Of a stretch of DNA of 64,000 bases, positions 60,741 through 64,000 are shown piece after piece. Every line of letters begins with the position of its first letter. Within the stretch, counting starts at the first letter, position 1. The stretch is from Candidatus Bathyarchaeota archaeon (GTDB lineage: Archaea > Thermoproteota > Bathyarchaeia > TCS64): positions 512,001-576,000 of the forward strand of contig CAVYVF010000023.1 of the NCBI GenBank assembly GCA_963771885.1. The letters run 5' to 3'. The translations under genes were made by a program, and so were the position numbers. The notes under the pieces are model-generated. The model made no database searches. It saw only the letters and a program-made list of their open reading frames with translations, and had not been told where the DNA came from.

Positions 60741-61289
60741 GTGGACAAAGACGGGCTTATAGACTTCATAACTGAAGCGGGCAAATTGAAAAGGCTCCCA
60801 CGGACGGGTTGGGTGGAGTCCGGCATACCGGACCCAGAGTCTGTCGCCGATCACAGCTTCCGCGTCGCACTGATCACGCTTGTCCTCGCCGACCGGAGGG
60901 GGCTCGACTCCCTCAAAGCCGTTAGGATGGCGCTGCTCCATGACCTCGCTGAGGCTGAGACGGGTGACCTCACACCGACCCAGAAAGAGGCGGACCCAGC
61001 TGCGTCGAGACACGCCGAAGAGGAAGCTATGGAGAAGCTACTAACAAAACTCCCCGTGGGTATCAGACACTCATACTCGGAAGCCTGGCGAGAGTTCGCC
61101 GAATCCTCCACCGAAGAGGCGCGCCTCGTCCGGGACGCCGACAAGCTCGACATGGTCGTGCAGGCGTCCGAGTACCAGAGGGAAGGTGGCGACCGATCTA
61201 GGCTGATGCGATTCTGGCACGCGGAAATAATTGGGGAGGACGCCCGAGCCATCCGGGACGCGGTCAGGAGCCGGGAACGAGCCCTCTGA
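60741..61289 (+). CDS. HD domain 5'-deoxynucleotidase (YfbR/HDDC2-like)
   Basis: LKRLPRTGW, ESVADHS, HDLAEA-x-TGD, DADKLD. Confidence 0.9.
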   Translation: MDKDGLIDFITEAGKLKRLPRTGWVESGIPDPESVADHSFRVALITLVLADRRGLDSLKAVRMALLHDLAEAETGDLTPTQKEADPAASRHAEEEAMEKLLTKLPVGIRHSYSEAWREFAESSTEEARLVRDADKLDMVVQASEYQREGGDRSRLMRFWHAEIIGEDARAIRDAVRSRERAL

Positions 61290-61522
61290 ATTTCCTGAGA
61301 TTCTCGCGTTTTCTCCGCAGGCACCGCGTATGACTCCACATGCCTAATAGGTGCTCCTCGTACGCCCTCATGTCGAATTAGCCATGGCATTGAGCAAGAA
61401 GCGTATTGTCTTCTCCTCCTTTGCCCCAGCAGGCTTGCAGCCGATACATTCTCATTGCCTCTCAACTGGCAGAAGAACGAAGGTGCTGCGTGCAGATAGA
61501 TGCGGCTAATCAGCATCGATTA

Positions 61523-62080
61523 TTAGCAGAGGAACTCGGCGACTTCGTCAACGGGGAGCCTCGGCGGCCCCTTCTTACCCATCATCTTCTCTGAGGGGTA
61601 GCCGAATCCTACGCCGGCGATGAGCTCCCAGTCCTCGTGGGCGTACTTCGCCATAATCTCGTTCTTGCTCCACCTGACTGCGGCGACCCAGAGTGAGCCG
61701 ACGCCAATGCCATGTGCCTTAAGCATCATCGTCTGTATGCACGCCCCGATGCCCTGCTGGCTTACCATGCCCTTTTCCTTGTCCCAGACGAGTACGATGA
61801 TATCCGACTTCTCAAGGCTGGTGCAACTCCAAAAGGCAATGTTCGCCGACTGTTCGGACATGCCGGATTTCTTTTTCTCGAGGTCTGCCCGGTGGAATGT
61901 GATGAAGTCATCCTTTGCTTTTCCGCTGAGGACAGTGAACCTCCAGGGCTGGCTGTTCGTGCCAGAAGGCGCCCAAGTCCCGTAGTGGAGGATCTCCCTC
62001 ATCTGCTCCACAGTGACGTGCTTGGATGGGTCGTAGCTTCGGCAGCTACGTCTGCTGAGTATTGCCTCGTCGAGTTCCAT
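61523..62080 (-). CDS. Nitroreductase family protein
   Basis: RRSCRSY, APSGTNSQPWRF, G-x-GSLW, GYP. Confidence 0.9.
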   Translation of the reverse strand: MELDEAILSRRSCRSYDPSKHVTVEQMREILHYGTWAPSGTNSQPWRFTVLSGKAKDDFITFHRADLEKKKSGMSEQSANIAFWSCTSLEKSDIIVLVWDKEKGMVSQQGIGACIQTMMLKAHGIGVGSLWVAAVRWSKNEIMAKYAHEDWELIAGVGFGYPSEKMMGKKGPPRLPVDEVAEFLC

Positions 62081-62125
62081 GGCGATCCAGATAAATTCCA
62101 CTCCGGGTAGCTTTAAGGGACTCGC

Positions 62126-62929
62126 ATGAGGCTTCTCGCTGTCGGAGATAACTGCATTGACAACTACTCAGAGCTTGGGAAGCGCTTCCCCGGCGGCAAC
62201 GCCCTAAACGTCGCCGTCTACTCCCACAGGGTCCCCGGCGTCGAGTCCGACTACATAGGCGTCATGGGGGACGACGAGGCGGGTGACTTCATGGTCGACC
62301 AGATGAAACGCGAGGGACTGCGCACCGATGGTGTCATACGCCTCCACGGGGAGTCCGCGGTCACCACCATACTCATTCGAAACGGCGACCGCGTCTTCGC
62401 CAGCTACGTCGAGGGAGTACAGAAGGACGCGAAGTTCCCATCCAGACTCCTCCCCAGGGTTAGAACGTACGACCTCGTCCACTTCAGCGTCTGGGGCTTC
62501 GGTAGGAACCACATCCCCTGGATAAAGCAAGGGAACCGCCCGCTCCTCAGCTTCGACTTCAGCAACCAGCACAATCACAACGCCCTCAGCGTCCTCCCCC
62601 ACCTCGACTACAGCTTCTTCAGCGGCAAAGAGCTCGTCTCGAAGGGCGCAGACATCGAGGCGATGCTCAGGGGCTACAAGGCGAGGACGCCTGGGCTCGT
62701 TGCCATGACCCTCGGTGAGCACGGCTCTATTGTCTACGACGGCAAGAAGTTCTACCGCGGGGAAGCGAAACCTGTTGAGGTTGTGGACACCCTAGGCGCC
62801 GGCGACAGCTACATCGCCACATTCCTCTGCGCATGCATGAGCGGTGCCACGATACCCGAAGCCATCGAGAAGGGTCACGCCGCCGCCACCGAGATATGCA
62901 AGCGCTTAGGCGGGTGGGGCGGCGCCTAA
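62126..62929 (+). CDS. frlD: Fructoselysine 6-kinase-like PfkB kinase
   Basis: VGDNCIDNY, PGGNALNVAV, GDRVF, SFDFS, DTLGAGDSY. Confidence 0.78.
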   Translation: MRLLAVGDNCIDNYSELGKRFPGGNALNVAVYSHRVPGVESDYIGVMGDDEAGDFMVDQMKREGLRTDGVIRLHGESAVTTILIRNGDRVFASYVEGVQKDAKFPSRLLPRVRTYDLVHFSVWGFGRNHIPWIKQGNRPLLSFDFSNQHNHNALSVLPHLDYSFFSGKELVSKGADIEAMLRGYKARTPGLVAMTLGEHGSIVYDGKKFYRGEAKPVEVVDTLGAGDSYIATFLCACMSGATIPEAIEKGHAAATEICKRLGGWGGA

Positions 62930-62956
62930 AAAATTTGCATACTGGCTCTGATTGGG

Positions 62957-63976
62957 CTACCACTCGACTTTGTCGTAGTAGCGCCACTGCGCCATATCCC
63001 TGTTCTTAGCTAGGCTCAGGTAGTAGCTCAGCCACTCTAGCTCGATGAAGAGGGTGAAGGGCGTGATGAGGTTGTCCACCTCGCTCCCCTGGCTGTCGAG
63101 TACTATGCCCCTGACGCCGTTCTGTGTGCTCCAGTTTACTACCGCCTTCTCAAGCTCTCCCTCGTTTCCCCTGCTGCGCAGGAAGATCGCGGGCGTCCCC
63201 GGTGCAAACATCTCCACGGGGCCATGGCGGAACTCAGAGTAGTTGATTGGGGTCGCGTGGACCCAGCACATCTCCTGCAGCGTGCAAATCGCATACTGGT
63301 AGGCGAGGCCCCAGTTAATGCCGCCGCCGAGGACGTACATCTCCCTCTCATCTTTGAACCTGATCGCCGTCTTCTTGGCGAACTCCCTCGCCTTCGGTAT
63401 CATGGGCAGGAGCACTGTCGGCAGTGACTCCGCTGCCTTGATCATTCTGCCGCCGACCTCGAACCCCTTCTCCTTGAGCACGGTACCGAAGAGCAAGTAG
63501 AGGGTGGTGAGCTTGCCCATGGTAACGCCGCGGGCTTCAGTGCCGAAACCGATGTCCGCCGTCTTATTGACGACAGAGTCCTGCTTCTGGCTAAGCCCCA
63601 TCGTGAATGCGCCGTTCTTCTTCGCCCATTCAAGGGCGCGCACTACCTCCTTCGTCTTACCGCTCTGGGTGATGAAGACGCAGGCAGCGCCCTCGTTCGC
63701 CGCCCACGGCATACGCTCGAGGAACTCCCAGCCGCTGTACTGGAGGACGGGTATGTCCGAGTACTTTTCGGCGAGGTATCTAGCGGGAAACTGGACGCTG
63801 TAACTTCCCCCGCTGCCGACGAGGTAGAACCTCTCCGCCTTAGACAGCTCCCTTCCAAGCCGCTGTATCTCCACCTTCGCGCCGAGTACGGCCTTGAGGC
63901 TCGCCTCAGTCACGCCGTCCTTCAGCCAGTCTGGGCGATAAGTATCCTCGGTAAGATATGAAATCGGTTCACCCAT
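62957..63976 (-). CDS. frlB: SIS-domain fructosamine-6-phosphate deglycase
   Basis: GSGGS, QSGKTKE, CTLQEMCW, EFRHGP-x-E, C-terminal RYY-x-KVEW. Confidence 0.8.
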   Translation of the reverse strand: MGEPISYLTEDTYRPDWLKDGVTEASLKAVLGAKVEIQRLGRELSKAERFYLVGSGGSYSVQFPARYLAEKYSDIPVLQYSGWEFLERMPWAANEGAACVFITQSGKTKEVVRALEWAKKNGAFTMGLSQKQDSVVNKTADIGFGTEARGVTMGKLTTLYLLFGTVLKEKGFEVGGRMIKAAESLPTVLLPMIPKAREFAKKTAIRFKDEREMYVLGGGINWGLAYQYAICTLQEMCWVHATPINYSEFRHGPVEMFAPGTPAIFLRSRGNEGELEKAVVNWSTQNGVRGIVLDSQGSEVDNLITPFTLFIELEWLSYYLSLAKNRDMAQWRYYDKVEW

Positions 63977-64000
63977 GCACCATCAAAGGGTAAACCGACC

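Overview
A GC-rich archaeal chromosomal segment. Archaeal markers are FEN1, an ATP-dependent ligase, FBP aldolase/phosphatase, an ADP-forming acyl-CoA synthetase and TATA-type promoters; gene content suggests Bathyarchaeia, which is an inference. It is dominated by anaerobic peptide, amino-acid and aldehyde catabolism: a 2-oxoacid:ferredoxin oxidoreductase, an aminotransferase, several amidohydrolases, AcdA, four AOR-family oxidoreductases with ferredoxin partners and MoaD, and a fructoselysine kinase/deglycase pair. No tRNA, rRNA, CRISPR array, integrase or transposase was seen. About ten genes carry single-base frameshifts, most likely long-read assembly errors. Best leads: (1) a ~250-nt nested, highly structured stand-alone RNA candidate at ~704-950 with its own TATA box, matching none of the RNA families I could check by eye; (2) a four-gene membrane-protein operon (DUF6754-like) that may encode an uncharacterised transporter; (3) a tandem-amplified clade of AORs with an Asp-for-Cys cluster ligand; (4) a HerA/FtsK-like ATPase with aberrant Walker motifs; (5) a shared TATACA-N2-TGTATA operator at lrp/DMT and glnA.
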